From the NCBI GenBank assembly GCA_025201805.1, contig MU619287.1, forward strand, positions 60,541 through 124,540: a DNA stretch of 64,000 nt, in the 5' to 3' direction. The notes beneath the pieces are model-generated. The model did not search any database. It was given only the letters and a program-made list of their open reading frames with translations, and had not been told where the DNA came from. This document shows, piece after piece, positions 38,870 to 52,540 of the stretch (positions within the stretch are counted from its first letter, which is position 1; each line of letters opens with the position of its first letter). Source of the stretch: Parasitella parasitica NRRL 2501. Lineage: Eukaryota; Fungi; Mucoromycota. The translations under genes were made by a program, and so were the position numbers.

Positions 38870-41060
38870 ATGTCTCAATCTTCTGAAGAAAGTGAGGAAA
38901 ATAAGCAAGGATTCTCCATTGATGAGCACACCTATTATAAATCGAATGCAGCGTTAAACGGTTGGGTTATTCATACGTGCTGGCCACCAGCTGCAGAGCT
39001 GATGCCATTGATTGGCAAAAGAATAACAGACGTACTGCCAGCGTCCTTTGATAATGGAAAGAAGCGCAGAGCCAAAGACAGCGAATCACTAGCATTACCG
39101 CTCGTGGCTGATGACAGAGGATCTGTGAATGCTACTCATCAGCCTCTCGCTGCAAAGAGATTGCGCACATCTCGTTTGCAAGAGTTGAATGTGGTGCAAC
39201 CAAATGGACAGGTACGCCAGCACACACATGCTCTTCCAGAATCTTGTATAAAAAGTCCTTTACAACAGCGCTCACAGGCTGGAATTGATAAGCTGCAGCG
39301 CACTCCAATGCCTACAACTGATGCAACACAACATATGTCAAGACCTGTAGCAAGTATACAAACCCATCAGAGCCAGGCTTCACAAAGCCGTCGCCGGGTA
39401 CTGCCCGAGAGAGGTGTTATTACGCAAGAATCGGTGAGAATCAGGAATTTCAAACCAACGTCTACATCTACAGCAGCCTCTACGTCGACATCGACACATC
39501 ATCAGAAGAATGCAGCAACAAAACGTATACATCGAGCCCAAACTCCATCAGAGGAGGCTCCATTGAAATCAGTTGTGTACGATGCCGGTTTATTCGACAA
39601 CCTATCCAAGGAACAAAAAAAGATCCACAACTACATTGTTCATAAGCACGAGAGCGTATTTTTCACTGGATCAGCTGGCACAGGCAAATCTGTCTTACTG
39701 AAAACACTGATCAATTCGCTTCAGCATATACACGGGCGAGACACGGTTGCAATCACAGCGTCTACAGGCATTGCGGCGTGCAACATTGGAGGAGTTACGC
39801 TTCACAGCGAACTGGCAATTGGAAGAGGAGACAAAGAGCCAAGCGCATACATTGGCATGATTCGAAACAGCGAAAGAGTGCTGCAAAAAATCAACCGTTT
39901 AAAGGTGCTCGTCATCGACGAGATCTCCATGATTGATGGCCTTCTGTTTGACAAAATAGACCAGGTGTTGCGCACCGTCCGACTCAACCAGAGCAAGCCA
40001 TTTGGGGGGGTTCAGCTAGTTTTATGCGGAGATTTCTATCAGTTACCGCCGATTAGCAGAAGCAATCAAACGCTGCAGTATACATTTCAAGCTCAATGCT
40101 GGGATAGAGCCATCAGCAAATGCTTGGAGCTGAAAACTGTGTTTCGACAATCAGATCAACGTAAGATTTTTTCCAAGCCGAAATCGCATTACACGAGACG
40201 ACTAACTTGGGGCCCAATTCACCTACACAGACTTTGCAAGCATGTTGAATGAATTGAGAATAGGCAAAGTTTCAAGCACGACTGAAAGAGAGCTTCAAGG
40301 GCTACGACGAGCCCTTCCCATTATCAACCATATTGAACCGACGCAACTGTAAGTCCTCTCTCTTTTTTTTTTTTTTTTTTTTTTTGTAGTGGATAAATGG
40401 AACCACAGGAATAAAATGCAAAGTTTAGATATCCTCTCAGAAGAGAGCTGGACAAGGCAAATACAGAAAGACTAGATGCCTTACCCGGAGAGTCTCACAC
40501 CTACCTATCAATTGACACAGGCAACATGTATCTATACAAACACTGTATTGCACCAGAGGCAATCACACTAAAAGTAGATGCCCAAGTCATGCTAGTGAAA
40601 AACCTAACTCCCACACTTGTCAATGGATCCAGAGGCGTAGTTGTCAGATTTTCAAACGTCAATGGAGAGATGTTTCCCGTTGTCAGGTTTTCAAACAACT
40701 CAGAGAGGGTGATTACGAGGGATAATTTTACTTTTGAATCGCAAGGTAATGAACATTCACACACTAGCATTACAAGTGCGCAGCGCCTTATTTCCAACAT
40801 TTGCAGGCGTCCAAAAAGCTCAGAGAATCCAAATCCCATTGGTCTTGGCTTGGGCGCTCTCCATCCATAAATCGCAAGGCCAAACAATCGAGTATCTCAA
40901 GGTTGATTTACGGAGCGTGTTTGACTATGGACAAGCCTATGTTGCGCTATCGCGAGCCACATCCATGGACAATCTGCAGGTTTTGAATTTCTCAAGAGAC
41001 ATTGTCAAGACGCATCCAAAAGTAGCCGAATTCTACCGAAAGCATTTTCACCATATTTAG
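38870..41060 (+). CDS. PIF1: PIF1/RRM3-family 5'-3' DNA helicase (3 introns)
   Basis: [93 protein letters not shown]. Confidence 0.93.
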
Positions 41061-41247
41061 CAATTGTACAAAGTAATTGAAACATGGAACTTTCTATTTT
41101 TATAAACATTGAAGGGATTTTCTGGTGCTCTTTATATGAATGTCTCAATGCTTAAACGTCCGAAACTCCATCCCAATCGATTGCTGCAGATTCTATAATA
41201 TGTAACATATAAAAAGCATCGATTTCTTTGATTTCGCAACTATCTAT

Positions 41248-41288
<41 letters not shown>

Positions 41289-41315
41289 CTTTTGTCTCTT
41301 TTTACAAACCAAAGA

Positions 41316-43248
41316 ATGGCAGCAGTAAATAACAATGTCAATGACGATGTGAAAGACGTAAAGCAGGACGACATCATTTTACGTGAGCATGAAGAGCAGA
41401 ATTACCAGGTTGATGAGTATGGTGATCTGCGCCCAGAGCCTACCGAAGAAGACTGGAAAAATCTGAAAGAAGTTGCTGATACTATTCCCAAAGCTGCCTA
41501 CCTTGTCATTCTCGTCGAGTTTTGCGAAAGATTCACCTATTATGGCTTGAGGTCAGGACAATGCGTATGACACTGCTCGCCTAAAAGTTCTAACCTTTTT
41601 TTTTTTTTTTGTAACAGTGGCCCCTTTCAAAACTATATTCAAAATCCAGCGCCAGCGAGCTGTAAGTGTTTTTTTTTTCTCACATTCATTTCCCAGGCTC
41701 AATTAAAGCTCATATCTGACATGTACAGACCCTGCCGAATTACCCGGTGCGATGGGCAAAGGGCAGCAAACCGCCACTGCCTTGACGACCTTCTTCCAGT
41801 TCTGGTGCTACATCACTCCCATCATCGGCGCAGTTGTAGCCGACCAGTATTGGGGCAAATACAAGACCATCCTAGTGTTTGCATGTATCTATTTCGTCGG
41901 TTTGGTCATTTTGACCTTGACATCCATCCCTGCCGCAATCGCCTCCAATGCGTCGTTTCCGGGATTCATCGTTTCCATCATCATCATCGGCCTTGCCACT
42001 GGCGGCATCAAGTCTAATGTGTCCCCTCTTGTCGCTGAGCAGTACAAGAACACAAGGCCCTTCATCAAGACACTGAAAGCCAAGCCATCTTCCAAATACA
42101 CAGCTGACGAGGGCGATTTGCCTGCCCACAGCAATGTCGCACCTGTCGATGTTGAGAGCCGTGTCATTGTGTCGCCTCAAGCCACCTACCAAAAGCTGTT
42201 CAACATGTTTTATTGGGGCATCAACGTGGGCTCTCTTGCTGCCATCACCACTGTGATTCTAGAAAAGAATGTCGGCTTTTGGCCTGCCTTTCTCTTGCCC
42301 ACACTTGTCTTCATTCCTGGTATCTTGATTGTGCTAGCCGGCAAAAAGTATTACGTTCGCAACCCTCCCCGTGGCTCTGTTTTTGTGGAAGCATTCAAGG
42401 TCGTCCGTCTTTCTTTTAAATATGGGCTGGAGGGGTGCAAGCCTTCGGTCCTGAGAAACGAGCATCCGGAACTCGCTGCCAAAGTAACTTGGGATGATAT
42501 CTTTGTCGACGAATTGAAGCGTACGTTCAAGGCCTGCATTGTGTTTTGCTGGTACCCCATCTACTGGCTTTGTTACTCGCAAATGACCAACAACATGGTG
42601 TCCATGGCTGCCACCATGCAAACCGGCAACGTTCCCAACGATATCATGCAAAATATCAACCCCTTGACTCTTGTTATCGTCATCCCCATCATGGACAGGT
42701 TCTTCTACCCTGCCCTTCGTCGCATGGGCATTAACTTCCGTCCCATGGCTCGTATATCCACTGGTTTCATGTTTGCCGCTTTTGCCATGGCTTATGCAGC
42801 CGGTATACAGTCCTATATCTATATGCAAGGTCCTTACTACGATCATCCCAGCGGCAACGGCAAAAACGATGTATCTGCTGGTTTGATTGTCCCGGCCTAC
42901 GTCCTGATTGCCATCTCTGAAATTTTCGCCTCGATTACCGGCCTTGAATACGCTTACAGAAAGGCTCCCGAGAAGATGAAGTCGTTGGTTATGGCTACGT
43001 TCTTGCTGACCAACTGTTTCGGGTCCGTTCTTGGTTTTGCACTCGTTTCAGTTGCGGTTGATCCCAAGCTCAAATGGATGTACGCAGGTATTTCTGCTGC
43101 GATGGGTGTCTGCTCGCCCCTCTTTTACTTTTGCCATGGCAAGAACGACAAGGTTGATGTCGTTGAAGATAATATGGGTGTCAGAGATGATCATGACCAA
43201 GCCGAGATTATAGCTGAATACGAAGCTGAAATCAAGCCCACAGTTTAA
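41316..43248 (+). CDS. PTR2: POT/PTR2 di-/tripeptide transporter, copy 1 (introns 41552-41617, 41662-41728)
   Basis: EFCERFTYYG (ExxER motif), GGIKSNVSPL, FYWGINVGS, SEIFASITGLEYAY. Confidence 0.95.
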
Positions 43249-43265
43249 TAATAGTTTTTTTATTT

Positions 43266-43296
<31 letters not shown>

Positions 43297-45403
43297 TGTG
43301 TATATATACCACATTCTTAATTTGCGGCCTTCTTTCCACATAATAAAGCACCTTGACTTCTTTGCATAATTCATTGATTCCTCATCGTCTCTTTTACAAT
43401 GATTTCCCATTTTTGATAAGCGGAAAGTATTTTTTTTTACTGTCAAATTGAGAATGAAACAATTCACGACCATTGTAAAAGTAAAGACGAATATTTAAAT
43501 ACGACTTATCTTTTCAATAAGATGAGATTATCAATGTCATGATATTCCGGTGAGATTCGTATTCAAAGCATAAGGGGTGCCCACGAAAATTTGATATTTC
43601 TTCGTGATCACAAAAACTTGTGCCTTCTGACGTTCCAATAACGCTCTGCAAGAGGAGCAACCGGCAATTAAGAATACCCAATCTGTGCTGCTTTTTGCCA
43701 AATTCAATGGATAGAAAGTGAATACTTCAATATGATATTAGCTCCCCCCTCCCTCCCCATGTTGATGAGATGAAGCTGCTTGTTCATTATGCAACTTTTA
43801 TAAAATTACAAGTTGAACAAAGAAAAAGAAATTCGAGTCTATCGAAATACTGACAACGGGGTCGATCTTAAATAGTATCCCATGGAGTCAACTATAATAA
43901 GGTTAAAATTGTGGGCTGTCTATTAAGCACCTCCAAAATGATCGTATTTTATCCACTTGAAATACCTAGCAAGCGAAATCAGCTTTCGTCAAGGTTATTT
44001 GTTTCATTGATAATGCTCATTTTATAAAGCATGATTCAAGGAGCTGAATTACTAATTTTCGAGAAACTGAGGTGGTCATAAAAACTTACATTCTCACAAT
44101 ATAACGATCATGATACAAGTGATAGTTATTATGACACATAACTAGTGTTCTCAGCTGTATGATTGTAGGAGATATAGTCCAAAAGACCCAAAAGCTCATC
44201 TCAAATATAAGCATGTCATTTTATCGTAAGATTTCCCAGTTTCGTGGATTTGAAACATGGATCACAAGGTAGGAAGAACCAACATCAGCCAATTTAAAAG
44301 ATAAAGTCTTTAACTTTATCTATTTCGCTAGGGATGCACTGTATATGATGTGACAATATGACTGTGAGAATAAATTGCGGAAGGGTTCGTGGTAAAAAAT
44401 AACCGTGGTACCTGTACTTTGTAAAGGGTTTCTCCTGTTTCTGTCGTTTAGGAAGAACGTGACCCTTTGCTACCTAAAGCAGTTGTCTTTTTGGTCAAAT
44501 GGAACATTTGCAACAGAGAATCCAGCTCATTGTAATATAATTTGTCATGTTTCATGTCGATAAGCAATTTTGAGCACAGGGTAAAAAAACCTCTGGATTA
44601 ACATGGAACATTGAGAACAAGTAAAAAGTGTCCTATCGCATTGCGTCGCCCGGTATAGTGTGGACATAATAGAGTCAATTTCGCCTTTTATCACCGAGTT
44701 GCATGATATGCAAAATGGGGATGCATGTTGATTAAATGTTAGACGAATAAACGACTTTGTCACCAACTGCAAGTTCTTACTTGATTTGTGCATTCTTTCC
44801 TTTTTCAACCAGAAAAATAATCGCAATTTTTACATTCAAGATTTGTCACAAATCAAGACATGGCTTGTAACACATTGTATTTTTGTACACCACCAATACC
44901 AAAGATTTACTTTTGAGGTTGCCCAGATCTAAAGTTATTTAGCTACAACTGTGCGACACTTATATTTTCCTGTTATTGCTAAAGACTTTATTATAAGAGT
45001 CAAAGACACAAGCATGCAATATACCTACAGTTTTTTATCTGGAAAAATTAGTGTTGCAAGACGGATCAGACACCAAGGAAATATAGTGTCAATGATATAC
45101 TTTTGTTCCATGAAGGGATAGATAGAAAAATTCTCAGGGTCCATTGCAATTTTACCACACGTCTCTCCGTGTGGAATTTAACTTTCAGTAGAAAAAAAGA
45201 ACTCAAGGAAGCATACAAAGGTTTGACAACATGGAAAACGAAATCTCACCTTTCCCATCGCCTCTTTCCTTTTTGGGCTCGGCTTGTTGATTCCAATTCT
45301 TGATCTCTTCTATAAAAAGGCCTGAAGGGCTGATGCATCACTTTCTTTTTCTATATTTTTTTTTTCACTCTATCATCTCGAAATACAAACACGTTACAAT
45401 CAC

Positions 45404-47222
45404 ATGAGTGAAAAAGAAAAACAAGATATCATTGTTCAAGAACACGAAGGTGGATTTGAAATATCTGAGGATGGTGAAATCCGGGTGGAACCTACTGAAG
45501 AAGACTATAAAAACTTGCGAGAGGTCGCTGATCACATTCCCAAAGCTGCATATCTTGTTATTTTGATAGAGTTTTGTGAACGTTTTACGTTTTATGGCCT
45601 TACAGGTCCCTTCCAAAACTACATTCAAAATGAAGATCCGGGGTCTTGTAAGTACATTTGTGCAAGTTAAATGGCGAATCAAGCACTAATTTAATTTAAT
45701 TAAAGATCCTGCTGAATTGCCGGGCGCTTTGGGTAAAGGCCAACAAACAGCCACTGCATTGAATACCTTCTTCCAATTCTGGTGCTATGTCACTCCCATT
45801 ATCGGTGCCATTATTGCTGATCAGTATTGGGGTAAATACAAGACCATCCTAGTATTCTCTGGTGTGTACTTCCTAGGTCTGCTTATTCTAACTTTGACAT
45901 CTATGCCTGCGGCCATCGCATCTGGTGCTGCCTTCCCTGGCTTTATTGTCGCTATCATTGTTATCGGCTTTGCTGCAGGTGGCATTAAAGCCAATGTGTC
46001 CCCCCTTGTTGCCGAGCAATATAATGTCACCAAGCCTTTCATTCGAACTGTTACTCCCAAGACTTCTTCTAAATACTCTGCTGATGAAGGTGATTTACCT
46101 GCCAACGGAAGTGCTGCCGAAACATCTAGACCTGTTACTCGTGTTATTGTCTCTCCTCAAGCTACTTATCAAAAACTCTTCAACATGTTTTATTGGGGTA
46201 TCAATGTAGGCTCTCTTGCAGCTATTTCTACCGTTGTAATTGAACAGCAAGTTGGTTTCTGGGCCGCCTTCCTCCTGCCCACTATAGTCTTCATTCCTTG
46301 CATCGCTGTCGTGCTCATGGGCAAGAAATTCTATATTCGTAACCCTCCTCGTGGATCCATATTTATCGAAGTTGGTAAAATCATTAAACTAGCTTTTAAG
46401 AATGGCCTTGATGGTTGCAAGCCTTCTAGATTGGCCATTTCTCATCCGGAACTCGCCGCAAAGGTTACTTGGGATGATGTCTTTGTGGATGAATTGAAGC
46501 GTACGTTCAGAGCTTGTCTAGTCTTTTGCTGGTACCCCATCTACTGGCTTTGCTACTCTCAAATGACAAGCAATATGGTCTCCATGGCTGCTACTATGCA
46601 AACCGGCAATGTTCCCAATGATATCATGCAGAACATCAATCCTTTAACTCTTGTTCTCTTTATTCCCATTATGGATAGGTTTGTATATCCTGGATTACGT
46701 AGATTCGGTATCCCTCTTCGTCCTATTACTCGTATCACTTGTGGTTTTGTCTTTGCTGCTGCTGCTATGGCTTATGCTGCTGGTATCCAAGCACTCATCT
46801 ACAGCTCTGGTCCTTACTACGATAACCCTAGTGGTACCGAAAAGAACGATGTATCTGCTGGTTTGATTGTCCCGGCCTATGTTTTGATTGGTATTTCCGA
46901 AATTTTTGCTTCCATTACTGGTCTTGAATACGCTTACAAAAAGGCTCCTGAGAAGATGAAGTCTTTAGTCATGGCCTTGTTCTTGTTTACTAATTGTCTT
47001 GGATCCGTTCTTGGCTTTGCTCTTGTCTCTGTTGCTTACAACCCCAAGCTGAAATGGATGTATGCTGGTATCTCCATTGCTATGGGCATCTGTGCTCCTA
47101 TCTTTTACATTTGCCATGGTAAAAATGATGCTACTGATGTTGAAGATGACGCCATTGGCCGTTATGATAAAAAAGATATCAAAGAGGTTGAATACGAATA
47201 CGAAGATAAGTCTACTGCTTAG
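45404..47222 (+). CDS. PTR2: POT/PTR2 di-/tripeptide transporter, copy 2 (intron 45648-45705)
   Basis: Same motifs as copy 1; closely related tandem paralog. Confidence 0.95.
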
Positions 47223-47549
47223 GTTTAATCTGCTTCTTCCCAATCGCCTCTACTCCCCCCCCCTTTTTTTTCCTTGTAAACTTTTAACTATTATTTATAT
47301 ATACAACTTTTGTACCATTACCCACCTTTTTTTTTTATTAAAATCAATAAAACGAATATTTCAAAAATAAAAAAATAAAAATTTGATTGGTGAATAGACG
47401 GGTGTTTGTTCCTGAGTTTATTGCGTTACCAATGTGTCAGATCAAAAAACTGTTGAAGATGTCTTTACATTGCATAACTTTTCTTTTCTTTTTTTTTTTT
47501 TTCTGTTTCGAAAAAACGATACTAAATTACAGGGCAGACTTTGAATTTA

Positions 47550-48950
47550 TCATATACTTTGTATTTTAGTGTTTTGCTTGCTGAATCCTTCTCTGTCTAT
47601 GATATTGAAACCAACATACATTTCCAGAGTTTCAAGCCTATTTCGTGCTTCGTTTATATCTGCCCGAAGATTGGCTTCATTTGTCAGCGAATTTTTAAAA
47701 AAATCCATTTTCACTTCCAAAGCCCTATTGTTTTCCATTATGACTTTCATTCGTTCATCCACTTTTGAACTAAGCTCAAATGCATCTGTATTGAATACGG
47801 CTCTCTCAAATAGATGGATTTTGGATTTCATAAGGTCCTTGTCCACAGGTTTGATTCTAATACTATTCTTTTGCTCGCCATTTTTCTCCAGGAAATCCAG
47901 TTTCGATTCAAGGATCTCACTCTTCTTTCTTATGCGGTTCATGCTTGCCAGAATTGTTTTATTGTTGTTTTGTTTTGCTTGCAGATCTACTATTTTTTCT
48001 TGTAAGCCTTTGATTGAAGATCCCAGATTTTTTGTTGTTTCCTGAAGAGTATTAATCTTTGCCGCAGCTTGAACCTCAGTCAATGTTCTCTTCTTACTGA
48101 AAAGTATTTCCTCTAAAACCAAAATCCTTTCTTGGTTTGATTGATTATTGTCTTCAGCGTGATTTTTTTTTGTGATGGTTTCCCCGTTGCACAGAATAGG
48201 TCGAGTGCTGCCTAATTGTGTTTGATTGTTTTTTATTATGCGTTCCATTTGTTTCTTCAAAGCCATTATCGCCGTAGTGTGAGTCTTACACTGTTGCTGC
48301 GATCCCTTCAAACCTACAGTGAATTATTTTTTGTTTGTACAAAATATTGTCTAGGAATTTGTTTTTTTACCGTTTTCTAGTTGCTCTATTCTTTTTGAAT
48401 AATTTTGAGAATCTATCACATTACATTGTAAGACTATGATGAAAATATGTATGAGTACTCTTACGCTTTAAATATCTAACAGTTGCTGCTATACTGTGAG
48501 ATTTTTTGATTGCAACAATAAAAAAGCTCGACAAGAGAAAGGAAATTAGGTAGAACATCCTAGTATAAAAATTTGCATGAAAATAATTTATTAATAGTTG
48601 GTATCTATCTTGCTTTTATAGATATATGACCAATACAAACTAGTGGCCATTGATTCCCTTTTACTTGTAATTAATGAACACGATTTTAAGTAGTTTTTCA
48701 CATTATCATTCATTGTTGTGCACTTTTTTAAATTGTTTATTCATGGTAATGCATGATTTTTATGTTGCCAATTGAAATAATTTATTTTTGTTTCTTGGGG
48801 GATTATTACCATACGTATTACACCTTTCGAGGAAGTTAATAAATAGTAACGTTCTATAGGATACGTGTGAAAAATGTACGTCTTTGACAACATCATCTTA
48901 CACAATTGGGAAGTTAAAAGAAACAATGAAGTTGTAGCTGCCATCATCCG
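47550..48950 (-). CDS. Hypothetical coiled-coil protein (5' exons uncertain)
   Basis: 253-codon terminal ORF rich in K/E/N/L heptads, joined to an upstream exon (DSQNYSKRIEQLENG|LKGSQQ); start not resolved. Confidence 0.5.
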
Positions 48951-49751
48951 GCCCAAGACCAATAAATCATTTTTTCTCAGGTTTGTTGTCGACAATAGCC
49001 AGCATGTTTTAGGAAGATAAAGTTCTAAAAAAAATGCAAATGTTCTGATAGAGCTAATAGATTACATGGACATGTTTATAGTCAAGCACCAGTTACTTTG
49101 ATATACTCAGTTTTTACGATGTTAGTTTTCGAGCATGAGGACCTATAATACCATAAAAACTCGGAAAGGTTATGATATCTAGTAAATTATGTTAAAATTA
49201 CACAAGTCGATATGATATAAAAGTCAAAAGTTTCAACGTTTAACATATAACAAACTCCAGGGATCATCATTCTAAATTGGCCTCTACAGAATATTACGAA
49301 TCTAAAATTAGTTACACACAAGGCTCAACTTGTTGTAACATCACCATTCATCCAATAAAAACCAGATAACCCCTAGCACTATCATACAACCAGCACAAAG
49401 GAAGAATAGTTTGTTTGCTGCTGCGTTAGATTCCAGAGGGCCGTAAAAACCGGACTTTGTACGTGAATAATTACATACGATTATCGTAAACGGATAAAGT
49501 AGAGGAACATGATAATTTAATCCAAGAGTGTAGTAGTAGAAGGGCAGCATATGAGTATTTTCAAAAAATCAAAAATAAAAGGTACGCAAGTTAACAAAAT
49601 AATGTTTTCCAAGTTCGATCGCGGTTCTTCGTGATATTCACGATAAATTATGTATATCAACACACTAGCCACCTATTTCTGTGTATGCAGGCAATGAAAG
49701 TACTTTAGCTCTCCTTAATCTAGACAAAAAGTCAACGTTATCATAATGCAG

Positions 49752-49789
<38 letters not shown>

Positions 49790-51051
49790 TTTTGCAGGTA
49801 ACCTTTGATAGACACATCGCCCAGTGGAAGTCAAGTTATGCTCATCGAATAGCGATGATCATGCCTGTTTTCGTAAAACATAAGATAGCTCTTAATCGAA
49901 CCCTATCAGCGATCATACATACAAAATATTTAGAAGTCTACATCAGCTAAAAATTGTCAATAATACGTCGTCTTTATTTACGTATGTGATGTATCAGTTC
50001 TAAAACCGGATGTCAATATATAATAAAAATTCATACTAAATGAGTAACATTTGGGATAGATTCAATCTACCCCATCTCCCGGATCCCATTACTAAAAAAG
50101 ACCTTATCCTCACATCGCTTCCCTCAGTTCGTAGAAAGTCTATAAGCCCTCTATTTTGTAATAATGAACGGATCTTTACCTGATTAATTTCTATCAAGTT
50201 TTTCTGGTAAATCAATATGCTCTAATATGCGCAATGATACAGCACAGCGAAATAAGAAAGCAAAAAGCCAATGACTTGGTGTATCAATTAAAGATATTTT
50301 TGATTTTTATACTCGGTTAAAGCATCAAACGAACAAAGTACCTCTATCAAAACCAACAATACCAGCATGTGAATAGCATACTTTGTAATCGCCAATACAC
50401 ATGTACCCCCGCTGACTTTACTTACATTCAAGTATGTTACACTCTTCTTCAGTATTTTCTAAGATTACTTTCTGTTAATAGATAAATTGGTATTAACAGA
50501 GATTCTATTAATTTGGACTTTCTCAAAAACAATCCACAACATATTATGGTATGTACCAACTCATATGTGTATTACGATTTTTTAAATATTGATCATATGT
50601 TTGGTTTGGGTGGCATGAAAAAAAAAACACACTCACAGTTCTTTTGTCACATAACTTATATACATTGGGTAAAAAATGGTGATCTAGGAAAGGTTTTGGC
50701 AACATCTGGGTATTTACACTCGTTGAGCGAGTCCATGTGAATTTTATATCCCTCAGGGTCATAGTAGTAATCTCAGGGGTTAATCATGTTCACCAAAGCT
50801 AATAACAGAATTAGCAGAGCTATCGAAGATTCCTGCAAATACTGGCAATATAAACTATAAAGAATGGCCTAGCGTGTTGTGTTGTAATAATTTCAATATC
50901 GTGGCTTCAAACCTCTGTGTTACATGTTCACCTAGTAAATGTTTATATTGCTGTTTGGGCGGCTTCCTAATCTTTAAACAGGATTAAGAGATTGTTTTCT
51001 TTTTGACCGCGATGAAGGTTCCCTCTTGCTCCTACTAATTCAATTACGAGG

Positions 51052-52345
51052 ATGAAAACTGTTACTTGCACTGCCCCCGTTAACATTGCTGTAAGTTGGC
51101 TTCGTGTTTTGACATTTATTCCGTCCCGATGCTGAACATTCTATCTTACAGGTTATCAAGTATTGGGGAAAACGCGATACCGAGCTTATTTTGCCCAGCA
51201 ACAGCTCTTTGTCTGTTACATTATCCCAGGATATTCTTCATAGCAAAACCACTATCTCTGCTGCCAAAGAATTCTCTCATGATCGTCTCTGGTTGAATGG
51301 TGTTGAGGAAGACATCACCAAAAACAAGCGTATGCACAACTGTTTCCGTGAAACTCGTGTTATTCGCAAAGCAATGGAAGCAAAGGCTGAAGCCGAAGGA
51401 AACCCTATAGAACCACTCTCTACATACCATGTTCATGTCTGCTCCGAGAATAACTTTCCTACTGCTGCTGGCCTTGCTTCGTCTGCTTCTGGATTAGCTG
51501 CTTTGGTATATACCTTGTCTCAGCTTTTTGAATTGACGATTTCATTATCTGAAGTATCTACAATTGCTCGCCAGGGTTCTGGATCTGCTTGCCGCTCTTT
51601 GTTTGGCGGTTTTGTTGCCTGGGAGATGGGAGAGAAGGAAGACGGATCCGACTCCTATGCTGTCCAGATTGCACCTGAAACTCACTGGCCTGAGTTACAA
51701 GCCTTGATTTGTGTAGTTTCTGATGCCAAGAAGGGGACTTCTTCTACTGCAGGTATGCAATCTACAATCAAAACTAGTTCTTTGATGGACGAGCGTATCA
51801 AGAGCATTGTCCCCGCTCGTATGGAGGGTATGATTAAGGCTGTGCAGGAGAAGGATTTCCAATCTTTTGCTGAATTGACTATGCGTGATTCTAACCAGTT
51901 CCACGCTGTGTGTCTTGATACCTACCCGCCAATCTTTTACTTGAACGACACCTCTCGTGCTATTATTCAGCTTATTCACGAATACAATGCCACCTCTCCT
52001 GATGGTAAATTGAAAGCTGCCTACACATATGATGCCGGACCCAATGCTGTCATCTATGCTCCCAAAGAAAATATGGCTGAAATTATTAAGCTGATTGCTC
52101 ATTATTTCCCCAGCAATAAGGAACCTACTGAGTTCTTTGCCAATCCTTATAATGCTATCAATGGTAAAATCGACGAGGATTTCCTTCCCAAATCTCATGT
52201 CGAATTTAACGAAAATGTCATTCCTGTTCAACCCGCTGGCAGTGTTAGTAGATTATTGCACACCAAGGTCGATGATGGACCCCGTGTATTGAAGGATGCT
52301 GAATCTCTTTTGAAAGAAGATGGCCTTCCCAAATGTCTTGCATAA
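51052..52345 (+). CDS. MVD1: Diphosphomevalonate decarboxylase
   Basis: MKTVTCTAPVNIA|VIKYWGKRD, NNFPTAAGLASSASG, RQGSGSACRSLFGG, DSNQFHAVCLD, YTYDAGPNAV; intron 51091-51151. Confidence 0.97.
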
Positions 52346-52540
52346 TAGATAACTGTTACCTTTAACCTTATTTTATAATCGTTTATAATTATTAAAAATT
52401 GCTTCTTTCGTTTAATACAAACAATAACCTCATCCATTTCCTTTATACTGGTTGACTACAGTGACCGTCAAGTTGCGCGTGCCGCAGACCTCTGGATGAG
52501 GTATTGAGCAAGTTGCTTTCCTTTTCTTTAATTCCTAATC

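Noticed and set aside
38870-41060. PIF1 gene as part of a Helitron
   Set aside because: It has introns, cellular Pif1 signatures and no Rep domain; it is distinct from the remnant at 56-58 kb.
49341-50762. Short ORFs, one with a hydrophobic C-terminus
   Set aside because: Could not be assembled into a supported gene model.
41872-52231. Longer antisense ORFs over PTR2 and MVD1
   Set aside because: Shadow frames arising from codon bias of the sense genes.
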